A DNA stretch of 64,000 nucleotides from Setoptus koraiensis (taxonomy: Eukaryota > Animalia > Arthropoda): NCBI GenBank assembly GCA_048013815.1, contig CM106586.1, positions 6,262,001 to 6,326,000 of the forward strand, written 5' to 3'. Each line of letters begins with the position of its first letter. Positions within the stretch are counted from its first letter, which is position 1. This document shows, in pieces, positions 1 through 10,262 of the stretch. Below the pieces are notes generated by a model. It did no database searches, was not told the origin of the DNA, and worked only from the letters and a program-made list of their open reading frames with translations. The position numbers and the translations under genes are program-made.

Positions 1-2
1 TG

Positions 3-2106
3 TTGTGCTCATTATTGAGTTATGGCGCTTTTTATATTTGTGTCTGTGATTTTTGGAGAGATGAGTGTTTTAAGACATATGTCACTGACAACAACAAATC
101 AGCGCCAGCCTCATTACAGGAGCATTATAATAGTAATAAGAAAAAAGTCAGTTGGAGCGACGATATTTTTGTCGTTGGCACCAGTAGCAAAAATGACAAT
201 TTTAGGCAAATAGCTGCAACAACAATACAAACAAACCAAGACACTTCGTCAAAGCCAATTCTCAATTCGACAAGATTGAAATATTTCAACTTATTAAAGG
301 TGTATGTCGAGTTGTATGCTGCACTTTACATTTCAATATTGTTGTCAATACAATATTATATTCAGCGCAACAAAATCAGTGATGAGTCCGATGATCTCAT
401 TGGGCCCATGTTATCAATTAATATGAATAACAGCAGCTTTTTTAGTAGAGTAGACGAAGAATTTCAATGCAACCAACTAGCAACCACAAACGACTATTTG
501 ACATATGTTATCGTTCTCATGGATCCGATGGTGTCAATGGACTCACTGAAACTTTGGCTCTATCCTCTGCAGTTAATGATCATAATATCGACATTAATTG
601 AAGAGCAATGGTTTCGATCGGACCGCCACCGGGTGGTGCGAAGATTCATTAAATTTTCGGCCATTCTCGAAAGTGGATTCGATGACCTTGTCGATGATTA
701 TCTGCTTGCGCTGGCCAGCAACACCATCCACGATATAGGTGCTAAGGTTGAAATATTACAAAGACTAGTCTTAGATAGTTACAAAAAAATACCCAAACAT
801 ATCGTTGCAACGATACAATTTTATCCGGTGATAAATTTGAATCAATTGAAGAATGACAACACAAACAATGGTGAAAGCATGGAAACCTCGTTTTACATTC
901 AATATAACAGATCGAGCAACATGCGCAAATCGACTTTTGACAGCAAAAAATCAATCAGTGTCGCCGATAATTATCTCGCCAGTCGACCTACAGCGACCAC
1001 AAGTGGGTCAGATGTGCGACGTTTCGTCGTAACTGTTGCTAGTTCAATACTGATAGCGCAAATGCTAATTAATTATGGCTATGTAATGACGCAACAGAGC
1101 CAGTGCGCCCATGGTCTCACTCTTATACAACAATTAACATTGTCTATACTTAAAGTATCTGTAATCAATATCTACTATATAATAACCGGTGTTCATATGT
1201 CTATCGTTCATGTGTTATACATTATCACAATGAAGATGACCACTGATCAATTACGTTTGCTGCACAAGGCCATGGATCAGTATGGTAATCAATTCAGTAA
1301 AAACGTTGACAGATCGTTTCGAGCGCAATATAGAACCATCAACGCTCACGATTCAAATGCTACATCGGATGTCGATTTAATAATAACTAATTTGTTGCGC
1401 ATCAATAATTACATCATTTGGAAAATCGACTGTTACAACGTGTTCTTTAGATTGGCCACAACATATTATTTTATTTGGAACATTGTATCCGCCATCGCTG
1501 CTGTTGCATATTCTATTCGTTCCTATAATATTATGAACAAATTCGAGATCTACTTTAGCGTCTTTCTGACCGCTGTCTATATAACTCTCTTGGCAACTTA
1601 CAACATGGGGGCCACTGTAAACAAGGAGGTAACTCAATATAGAATTTTCGAACAGTTTCTTTTTGCTCAAATTCACCTTACAAAGACTCATCCTTTGAAC
1701 TGATCATATTTTATGTCGTCTCTTTATTTATCGTTGCACACAGATCGAGTTGAACTACTCCAAATGGATGAAATTGTATTCTATTCTAATTCATCGAAGT
1801 CATTTGTCTATTAGGCAGGCCATCCTCAGAAATATATCGGTTTTATATAAATCAAGCTCATTGATTGGCGTACAAATGTTTGGGCGCGTGACTAAGGCCG
1901 GTTTGCTAATTGTAGGTATTCATGCCATGCCCAATGTCGATTCTCTAAATCTAATGTAAGCGCTCTTACATCAGATTGAAGATGATTGAATCAGACCCAT
2001 TCATTTATGTCCTACATACAATCAATTCTGTTTTTTCAACTATAAGACAATCTCTTGGATATTTACAGGCGTAGCAGTGTCTGTCAACTTTGTAAACTCC
2101 AGATAA
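3..2106 (+). CDS. Gustatory-receptor-like 7TM chemoreceptor, 5'-partial; exons <3-1628, 1744-1911, 2047-2106
   Basis: Open frame from the window edge with several hydrophobic helices. Two phase-0 GT-AG introns (GAG|gtaact..cag|ATC; ATT|gtaggt..taag|ACA) join in frame to give ...MGATVNKE/IELNYSKW...QMFGRVTKAGLLI/TISWIFTGVAVSVNFVNSR*. This resembles the GR TM7 region and the 3' phase-0 introns typical of arthropod GRs. Family call is by motif recognition only. Confidence 0.65.
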
Positions 2107-2822
2107 AACGACAACAAACACAACGCGATCATAGAAAATTTGTTGAATCGTGATCCAATCAGGATTTCGCATCGAGCTTATGAGATGTCGTTCGCAGCTT
2201 GCGATTTCTCCATTGACATGAGGTGGTGTGAATCGAAGACAAATTTCACATGAAAAATGTGGACAGGAAGTTCAGCCATTCAGATATAGAGCGCTGGTAC
2301 AAACAGTCTCAAGATACAGGCACGCGAATTGACACAAGATCGCTCCGTTTCCTCTATCGATGATTTTTCGGCCTGGAAAGAGAGAAAGCTTAAGAATAAA
2401 AGTCAGGCTTAAAAAGATTGATGAAACAAGCAGTCCACTGATTCTAGTAAGTCATCTTTATAGAATAAATGAGAAGTAATTGTTATAGAATATAGATACT
2501 GGTGAAAAACTCCTTATATCATTAATCGGTAATTGCCTCTAACAAGTAAGAAAGTTTCTCCTTTCTGCGATGACGTTACAATTTAGGAAAAAGGTGTAGA
2601 ATAGTTTTTCCCCCCGGAATTCAAATTTCGCGCCATGTAACTGGAGTAAAGTGTGCACAACACGTGTGAATTAAAGATCACAATTTTCTATCGAATTCTA
2701 TCTTCATTTCGTATTGAATTTCTAACGAAATCCATTGCCTTTCAAACAGTCCATTCGGAAAATCCATGGTCAATCAATTCATATTATTATCTCATTGTTA
2801 ATTTGTATTAAATAATATTATC

Positions 2823-4205
2823 ATGACCTCACAGCCGTTCAGTTCGCTTGAGGATCGTGTCAGCGCTAAAACGCTGAAAGCAATCTATGATCTAGGTTTC
2901 GATCAAATGACTGACATCCAAGCTAGGACTATACCAACATTACTAGAGGGCAAAGACTTGGTTGGTGCAGCAAAAACAGGATCAGGAAAAACACTTGCCT
3001 TTTTAGTTCCAGCAATTGAATTAATGTACAAACTGAAATTTATGCCTCGTAATGGTACAGGTGTAATAGTAATATCACCCACTAGAGAACTAGCCATGCA
3101 AATTTATGGAGTTCTCAAGTCTGTAATTAAAAATCATCATCATACGCATGGATTGTTGATGGGTGGAGTAGAAAGAAAGGTAGAATCAGAAAAATTATCT
3201 AAAGGTGTTAATATTATTGTTGCTACTCCCGGCCGCCTGTTAGATCATCTTCAATCGACAAAAGAGTTCATATACAAAAATCTACAATGCTTGATCATTG
3301 ATGAAGCTGATAAAATACTTGACATCGGTTTTGAGGAAGAGATAAAGAAAATCTTAAGGATATTACCACCTAAGAGGCAGACAATGCTTTTCAGCGCTAC
3401 TTTAACAGAGAAAACGACCGATCTAATTAAACTGGCAATGAAAAAAGAGGCAATCTATGTTGGAATAGAGGAGGAAAAATCTACTGTGGAAGGCTTGGAG
3501 CAAGGCTATGTTGTAGTTAAAAGTGAGAACAGATTTTTACTCTTATACACCTTCCTAAAAAAGAATAAGAAAAAGAAGATCATGGTCTTCTTATCATCAT
3601 GCGACTCAGTTAGATACCATTATGAACTCTTGAATTATATCGACTTACCAGTACTTGCGTTGCATGGTAAACAAAAACAAACAAAACGTTCCCAGATGTT
3701 CTCGCAGTTTTGCAAAGCACAATCTGGAACTATGCTCTGTACAGATGTGGCCGCTAGAGGCTTGGATATACCAAAAGTAGATTGGATTGTTCAATATGAT
3801 CCCCCTGATGACCCCAAAGAGTATATTCATCGTGTCGGTAGAACCGCTCGCGGCGTTGATGGACATGGAAACGCGTTGTTGATTTTAAGACCAGAGGAGC
3901 TAGATTTTCTAAAATATTTGAAGAAAGCTCGTGTCCCCCTGCAGGAATTCGAACTTTCATGGAGCAAAGTTGCCGATATACAGCCACAGCTAGAGAAGTT
4001 GGTAGGAAAAAATTATTTCCTCAATCTATCAGCTAAAAGCGCCTTCAGATCTTACATTAGATCATATGCGTCGCACAGCCTCAAGGAGATATTTGACACT
4101 AAAACCTTGGACTTGGTTTCGGTAGCCAAATCTTTCGGTTTCACGGTGCCGCCACCAGTTGATCTACCTGAACAGGGAGTCAAGAGAAAGAAACGATTCC
4201 ACTAG
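2823..4205 (+). CDS. DDX18: DEAD-box RNA helicase DDX18/HAS1/pitchoune, single exon, 460 aa
   Basis: Q motif, [36 protein letters not shown] and HRVGRTARG motifs, plus the DDX18-specific [14 protein letters not shown] and C-terminal [10 protein letters not shown]. There is an in-frame stop upstream of ATG 2823. Confidence 0.96.
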   Translation: MTSQPFSSLEDRVSAKTLKAIYDLGFDQMTDIQARTIPTLLEGKDLVGAAKTGSGKTLAFLVPAIELMYKLKFMPRNGTGVIVISPTRELAMQIYGVLKSVIKNHHHTHGLLMGGVERKVESEKLSKGVNIIVATPGRLLDHLQSTKEFIYKNLQCLIIDEADKILDIGFEEEIKKILRILPPKRQTMLFSATLTEKTTDLIKLAMKKEAIYVGIEEEKSTVEGLEQGYVVVKSENRFLLLYTFLKKNKKKKIMVFLSSCDSVRYHYELLNYIDLPVLALHGKQKQTKRSQMFSQFCKAQSGTMLCTDVAARGLDIPKVDWIVQYDPPDDPKEYIHRVGRTARGVDGHGNALLILRPEELDFLKYLKKARVPLQEFELSWSKVADIQPQLEKLVGKNYFLNLSAKSAFRSYIRSYASHSLKEIFDTKTLDLVSVAKSFGFTVPPPVDLPEQGVKRKKRFH

Positions 4206-4399
4206 TTTATGAATGTTAAATCTAAGAATATAAAGCGAAAGTTTAAATAACTTTTACAATAATGATTAATTTTATTCGATTAGACTTCATTTATAAATAC
4301 AGGAGACAAGTGTATGATCAAAAAGATACTAAATTGGTTTAGTCTATGGAAGAAAGAGATAGTGAGAGGAGAGGGGGGCGGGTGGTTAGCCGAAGAGTA

Positions 4400-6446
4400 T
4401 CATATAGCAGGGGCGTTCTTGTGTGATCTATTAGCTTGTTGTTGGTGTGGTTGATGATGCTGGTGCCTATGTTGATTCTGTTGCTGGTGTTGTGGCAGTT
4501 GATCTTGCATATGTAGTTGTGGCTGATGTGATTGCTGAGGCTGGTTTAATTGTTGCTGTGCAGAAGGGGCGGGAAGCGGAGGTTGCTGCTGATGATTGGA
4601 CGTTTTATGCTCTCGCGATCCTCTAGAGGCATAAGAGTTAGGTCTTGATCCTCTTCCAAAGTTATTATAATTAGATTTGGCTATACTTCTTTTGGGTTCA
4701 ATGTTTAATCTTTGATTCTTCAGAGTCATGAACTAAGAAAGTGAAACAGAGAATGAACAAAAAATGAAAGAATGGGTTAGTTGAGTGTCGATTAAGAACC
4801 ACTTATGAAAACTGTAAGTATTTAAAACAACTTACCTTTTTCTGAAGGATATTCTGAACTATGGCTGGATTATCGAAAACGATGAAACCAAAATCTGGAG
4901 TTGGTTTTCCAGATTTTGAAAAGTTTCCTTTAGATAGGCGGACGGCTTGAATGGTTCCAAAAACTTTGAAACTTTCTCTCAAATCATCTTCACTAATTTC
5001 GGGTGTAAGATTTCCAACGAACACTTGGTTCTCATCGGGGTATTTCTCTTTCATTCTGAAATCCCCACCATCTGAATTGAGCGCTGGAGTAGTTGGACCA
5101 CCATCTCGATTTTGACGGTTCTGGCCTCGAGGTGTCTGCTTACTAACCATATTAGCCCATGTTTTAGGTTCACTTGAGGAATTAGTGTTGTTATGAACAT
5201 CTTTCTTCAAGGTTGAAGCTTGAAGATCGCTCAAGGCATACGAAGTAGTTGTAGTTGCTGATGAAATAGAAGTCGTAGTTGCTGTTGATGCAGTAGTTGG
5301 TGTGCTTGTAGTTGTTGTTGAAGTTGGTGTATTTGAAGTAGTTGTAGTTGTCGATGCGAAGGAGTTTGCATTAGTTGTTGGCGCATTGGGGGTTGTTGAA
5401 GCCGTTAGTGAATTTGAAGTAGTTGTATTTGTTGTTGTTGCCGGTGCTGGTGCCGGCGCTGATGTAGGTGCTGGTGCTGTTGTTGTTGTAGGTGTTGTTG
5501 TAGTTGTTGCTGGTGCTGGTACTGGTGCTGCCACTGTTGACGGTGTAGATATTGGTGCAGTTGCTGATGTATTTGAAGTTGGTGTTATTGTTGCGGTTGT
5601 TGAAGTTGGTACACTTGGTGGTGCGCTAGAAATTGGTGCATTTGTTGATGCATTCGAGTTGGATATAGCGGCGGCGGCTGGTACAGATGATGATGAAGAT
5701 GATGATATGTGATTAGGATTATCTAAAGAAGTGTTTATGTTTGAGCTACTAATCTCATCTTCATCGATGCCGTCATCTTGGTAACGAAATATATTATTGA
5801 GTACATAGTACTTCTCATTAGAATGATCACTTGTTGTTAATGAGCCAGTTGTTGCTGTGGGAGCAGAGGAGGCATTAGTATTAGTTTGATATGAATGGTT
5901 ATGTTGATTCTGTTGCGGGTTCTGCTGCTGGTGATGATGGTGGTGGTGATGTGTTTGTTGTTGTTGTTGGTGGTGGTGTTCATTCTTGACATTAGTAGTA
6001 GATGTGTGGCTTACTGATGCTGCAGCGGTATTATTATTTTGTTGTCTGGATGTCTCATCCGGACCGGGGGCAAGTACAAATGTTTGTAAGAAGCGTCGCA
6101 TGGGCGCTCCATTGTTAGATAATTCTCCAATAACTTGAATGACTAAACCTCTTCCTAAGGTCTCAAGACTATCAATTTGCTTTATCTTGACTCTGCAATC
6201 ATTTAGCTCTAAATCATCGATTTTCTCTTTGATCTTATCCAAGCCAACGCAGGGGTCTGTTTTTTTCTCTCCCGGTTTCTCTAGTGTTCCGTGGATCAAT
6301 GTTGAATCGTGAGAATAGAACCTATGAGCCAAATGGGGCGCTTTGTTAAGAAACGTGTAATATTGTAGAACGAAATTTCTGGCAATGCTCAATTGACGGC
6401 TATTGTCTATTGAGTTAGGTCTATCAATGCTAGTAGTAGTGACCAT
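4400..6446 (-). CDS. G3BP: Ras-GAP SH3-binding protein G3BP/rasputin; exons 6446-4836 and 4732-4400, ~647 aa
   Basis: N-terminal NTF2-like domain (FVLQYYTFLNKAPHLAHRFY..., QTFVLAP, YYVLNNIFRYQD), PxxP/T-rich linker, PKTWA motif, RRM (QVFVGNL..., DFGFIVFD) and RG-rich tail. A 103-bp phase-0 intron (AAG|gtaagt..ttag|TTC) completes the RRM as ILQKK/FMTLKNQRLNIEPKR. Confidence 0.94.
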
Positions 6447-6593
6447 GGTAAAGGGTAATGGTTGTTGTGGTAGTAATAATTAATAGTAATAATCAATAAT
6501 AATAATTAATAATAGTGATATCTATATATATGCTTATATATACAAATATATATAGACAGTTGTGGTTGTGGTACAAATGTGTGTAAGGAGTGC

Positions 6594-6650
6594 GTTATAC
6601 GCGTATTGTATTGTATTTATAGAATCTGAATATAATGGTAATAGAAATAC

Positions 6651-6682
<32 letters not shown>

Positions 6683-6963
6683 CTACTAGTATCAATATAT
6701 CAGTAGGGTATCAGTGTGATAGCCGACGGTGATATAATTGAGCTCACAATACAATATAATAGTAATAATAATAATGATGGGTGATTTAATAAATACGGTG
6801 ATAATAGCAGCAGTGGGGCTGATAGTTATATTGATAATAATATTCAATGGATAAGTAAGCTGGTCGATGTATTACTCAGACGTACAGTGATACTCTCTTC
6901 TTTTAAAGATGGTCTCCGGTGAGTTCGATATCTCCTCTGTTATTCCATCTATACGCCGTATAG
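6594..6963 (-). repeat. Dispersed repeat copy A: G3BP upstream/5'-leader element homologous to 9715-10093
   Basis: Collinear alignment by eye. Identical blocks include gttatacgcgtattgtattgtatt (24 nt) and tttaaagatggtctccggtgagttcgatat (30 nt, 6902-6931). Confidence 0.95.
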
Positions 6964-7044
6964 TGCATAAGGCAGCAGCAACAGCACAGCAGCGGCATCA
7001 CACACTGCTACTACTAATAGCACTACAGTGCAGCAGAATATCGA

Positions 7045-7045
<1 letters not shown>

Positions 7046-7079
<34 letters not shown>

Positions 7080-7087
7080 TGTGTGTG
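7046..7087. repeat. (GT)n microsatellite upstream of G3BP
   Basis: About 15 perfect GT units, then interrupted units. Confidence 0.9.
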
Positions 7088-7409
7088 CGTGAGCGAGTGA
7101 GTCAGTGTGAGCGTGAGCCCAAACGGGCACGCTGCTTGCGACCAGCATGCTCTCTCGCTCGCTCTCTCTCTCTCTCCTCTGTATACGGCCCCCGCTTCTT
7201 CTACATGAAGATCTAACTAATGCTATCTACACACAACAACAGTAACATACAGCATAAAGTATTCACATAATGAGCAACATTTATTTTCAGTGAATACTTT
7301 ATAAAGCGACTAATAACACCATATTGTAGTGGCGAGCCGAGTCACGTTAACAATATACTCAAATTCTGCATAGAATTAAATTGTTCTATTTGCGAAAGAG
7401 CCGTGTTGA

Positions 7410-7481
7410 GCTCCTATGGCTCAGTGGTAGAGCGTCTGTCTCGTAAACAGAAGGTCGTGAGTTCAAACCTCACTGGGAGCA
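7410..7481 (+). tRNA. tRNA-Thr(CGT)
   Basis: Acceptor stem GCTCCTA/TGGGAGC-A, A box TGGCTCAGTGG, anticodon arm TCTGT-CT-CGT-AA-ACAGA (CGT at 7442-7444), B box GTTCAAACC. 72 nt, no intron. Confidence 0.96.
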
Positions 7482-7485
7482 ATGC

Positions 7486-7490
7486 TTTTT
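7486..7490 (+). terminator. RNA polymerase III T-run terminator of tRNA-Thr
   Basis: TTTTT begins 5 nt after the discriminator base. Confidence 0.75.
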
Positions 7491-7856
7491 GCTACCGGCG
7501 GGCGCGCCCACACCATTCCGAAACGTTTTTCCGATTCGACAGTTGAAGGCATCTCTACAAGACACATCTCCACTATATTCATTCATTTGAATAGAATATT
7601 TTCTTTGAACTCGCCACTCAATCCTTTAAACTTTAATTGTTTCCGAATGCCTCCCCCGTTAAGAATGTCACCTCCACGAGTCTTAGAACTGGTCAAATGG
7701 ACTTCAACAAGACAAAGAAATCAAACCAGAATCTCCACGAGACGCAAAAAGTTCTGCCATAAGAAGTTGATCAGTTTTTTACTTGCTATAGTTCTCTTAT
7801 TGACAGATATTTGTACCTTGAAATTATTATCGATCATTATTGTTGGTAGTTCCGCT

Positions 7857-9699
7857 TTACACTTTTGCATCAGGCTTTTCATTACTTGTATAGTTGCTCT
7901 TGGGGTTGCTGTTGCTTACCTCAGCGCTTTCAGTGTCGTCTTCTTCGTCACTAGTGAATGCATTGTTCGGAACATCGTATAAAACTAACAAAGGCTTATT
8001 TGGATCTTTCAAGAGCAAGTATCTACCTTCGGGCAACTTCATACAGGTATCTATAATACAACGAAGTATTCCCCAAGCATTATCCATATTGAGATTGATC
8101 TGATCAGCGAATTCTTTCGGCCTAAATGATTGCGTGCCTAGTATTATATGCTTGCTTGAGTCCTTGGCATGCACACGAGATACATATCCAAATTTCAATA
8201 CATCCGAGCCGCTGAGAAGGGCCTGTATAGTCCATTTGCCAAGTTTATTGGAGTTATTCTTGAGCTCGCTAGCTAGAACAGCACCACGCTGAACGTCAAG
8301 CTTTTGACGCCAGTCTATGTTACTAGTTGTCTTGGAGTCCCATTCGTTGAAAGCCTTTATATTCATGAATTGTTTTTTGTCATTAGGACCAATTGTAGCT
8401 GCGTCATGCTCACATCTAACTACTAATGTAACATCATCACCTAATTTCCATTTTCTATATCGATAAGCGACTGAACTGACTTCATTTGTATCATCGTTCT
8501 CTACAAATGGATTGGGATTTTCAAATTCTAATTTCTCCTCTCCCATTTTGAGGACTTGCTGAGAAAAGTTGTGATTGATATAAGTTGCTTCCAACGCTAG
8601 ATGACGGGGTGAATTAACGTTATTGTTGGGATCATCTGAGAAGGGCATCTCTATAGCGGTTTCATGGACAGTCAATAGGTCAAAGTCAGATTCATCGCGC
8701 TTGTCAAAGAATAGCTTGTCTCCAACACGTTGAACAATAATGTCCCAAGAGAAGACGGATCTTGGTGCGCACATGAGTGTAGCTATGATAGAGTCGGTGG
8801 CAAAAACGTTACCCTCGGTTTTTGAGAGTTTTCTGATAATCGGATCATCAGTGGTGGTTACTTTGTGTATTACACGATTAACTCTTTGTAAAATTTTTCC
8901 CTGTTTACAGTTAACTCTATCATAAGTCTTGTCATAATATTCTAAGGCACCGCAAAGGTAAACATCTTGTGCCTCTCCAACGCCTGGAAGATTTAATTTA
9001 GATAGACGAGGGAAATCCATTTCTTCTAATATGTCCCAAGTGGGTTGTACGTAGACACTAGCGTCGCGCTTCTTCATTCCGGCGCCCTTGTTGTCATAAC
9101 GGCGTCGTGTGTCTTGACGTTGGTACTTTGTTCTGGATTGTGTGGCCTGTTGCCTGGTAATATTTTTTCCGCCCTTAGTTAACACCAACTGCTGGTGAGT
9201 TCCATGAGTGGCCCTAGCTCCGCCTCTGCCGCGCCAATTACCCCGTGTACCCATGCGACCTAAACGTGTCTTGTTTTTTACATTTGGCCCTTTTCCGGCA
9301 TCAACTAACTGATAGGAGCCATCATCATCTTCAGCATAATAGGAATACTGTTGGCCACCACCGAAATGTGTGGTATATTTCTTAGCTAAACGAATGTCTG
9401 AGTAAGTCTGTCCAGTCCAATCCGCAATCTGCGCGTATGTAAAATATGAATTAGTTATTTATGAGATAAATGAATAGTATTATTAGTATGTACTGCTAAT
9501 TAAGCATGCAGGCACAAGTGGAATTGTCAGCTGTGCAAATATGGCTATTACTTACACGACCAACTCTGTCATTTTTGGAGAATGGCTGATAAGGCATATC
9601 CTTAAATTTATCTGGCACTGTTGTTGGGCCCCAAGTCATGGGATCCGTGTTGTTGAGGTTCTCCATGAGGGAGGCGGCCATATCCGAAAACGAAGCCAT
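7857..9699 (-). CDS. eIF3d: Eukaryotic translation initiation factor 3 subunit D; exons 9699-9556 and 9428-7857, ~571 aa
   Basis: [74 protein letters not shown]. One 127-bp phase-0 intron (CGT|gtaagt..cgcag|ATT); the frame is continuous into ORF 7857..9254. Confidence 0.97.
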
Positions 9700-9714
9700 G
9701 ATTCTTTTCTTCTA

Positions 9715-10093
9715 GTTATACGCGTATTGTATTGTATTATTAATAGAATCTGAATATATAATCGTAATAGAAATAGTAATAATAATAATGATGAGGATGA
9801 TGATAATATTATCAATAAATCAGTAAATCAGTATGATAGTCGATGGTGATATAATTGAAATAATAATTACAATACAATAATGGTGATATCAATAGGTGAT
9901 GTAATAAATACGGTGACAACAGCAGCTGTTTGGCTAATAGTTATATTAATAATAATATTTAATAGACTGTGATGGTGGATAAGTATGATAGCCGATGTAT
10001 CACTCAGACGGTACAGCAATACTATTTATTTAAAGATGGTCTCCGGTGAGTTCGATATTATCTCCTCTAATGTTCCATCTACACGCCGTGTAG
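9715..10093 (-). repeat. Dispersed repeat copy B: eIF3d upstream/5'-leader element homologous to 6594-6963
   Basis: Same collinear blocks as copy A (30-nt core at 10029-10058). Ends 15 nt from the eIF3d ATG. Confidence 0.95.
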
Positions 10094-10177
10094 CATGATT
10101 GAGTGCCGCAGGATGTATATAGGAGGGTCGAATTGATGCTTTCCCCCACATGTCTGCACTAGTACTATTTTCATCTG

Positions 10178-10262
10178 TAAAGGGAGCGTGTCGTGCGGAA
10201 AAGGGAGCGTGCCCGCGCGGAAAAAGGGGCGCGGCAAAAAATTGTCGCGGCGCGAAAAAGAC
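10178..10262 (-). promoter_or_regulatory. GC-rich degenerate ~21-22 bp repeat containing oligopyrimidine tracts (CTCCCTTTTCC on the eIF3d sense strand); candidate TCT/5'TOP-type start region
   Basis: + strand aaagggagcgtgtcgtgcgga / aaagggagcgtgcccgcgcgga / aaaaggggcgcggc. TCT/TOP starts are typical of translation-machinery genes. The TSS itself is not observed. Confidence 0.4.

Noticed and set aside
2110-2460. Non-repetitive sequence between the GR-like gene and DDX18, examined for a small gene or snoRNA
   Set aside because: All frames stop within ~40 codons without recognisable homology, and the C/D-like boxes are too close together.
5302-5712. Val-rich ORF on the + strand, and other antisense ORFs (7482..7982, 33508..33948, 50052..50444, 59430..59978)
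   Set aside because: Shadows of real genes or codon-repeat artefacts on the opposite strand.
9712-9730. Helitron-like end (palindrome ATACGCGTAT then CTAG) of the shared element
   Set aside because: CTAG is absent from copy A, the spacing is too short and there is no A/T insertion site.
10102-10165. Fragments matching miR-252 (AGTGCCGCAGGA; AGTACTAGTGC)
   Set aside because: They are on opposite strands, lack the full seed and form no precursor-length hairpin.
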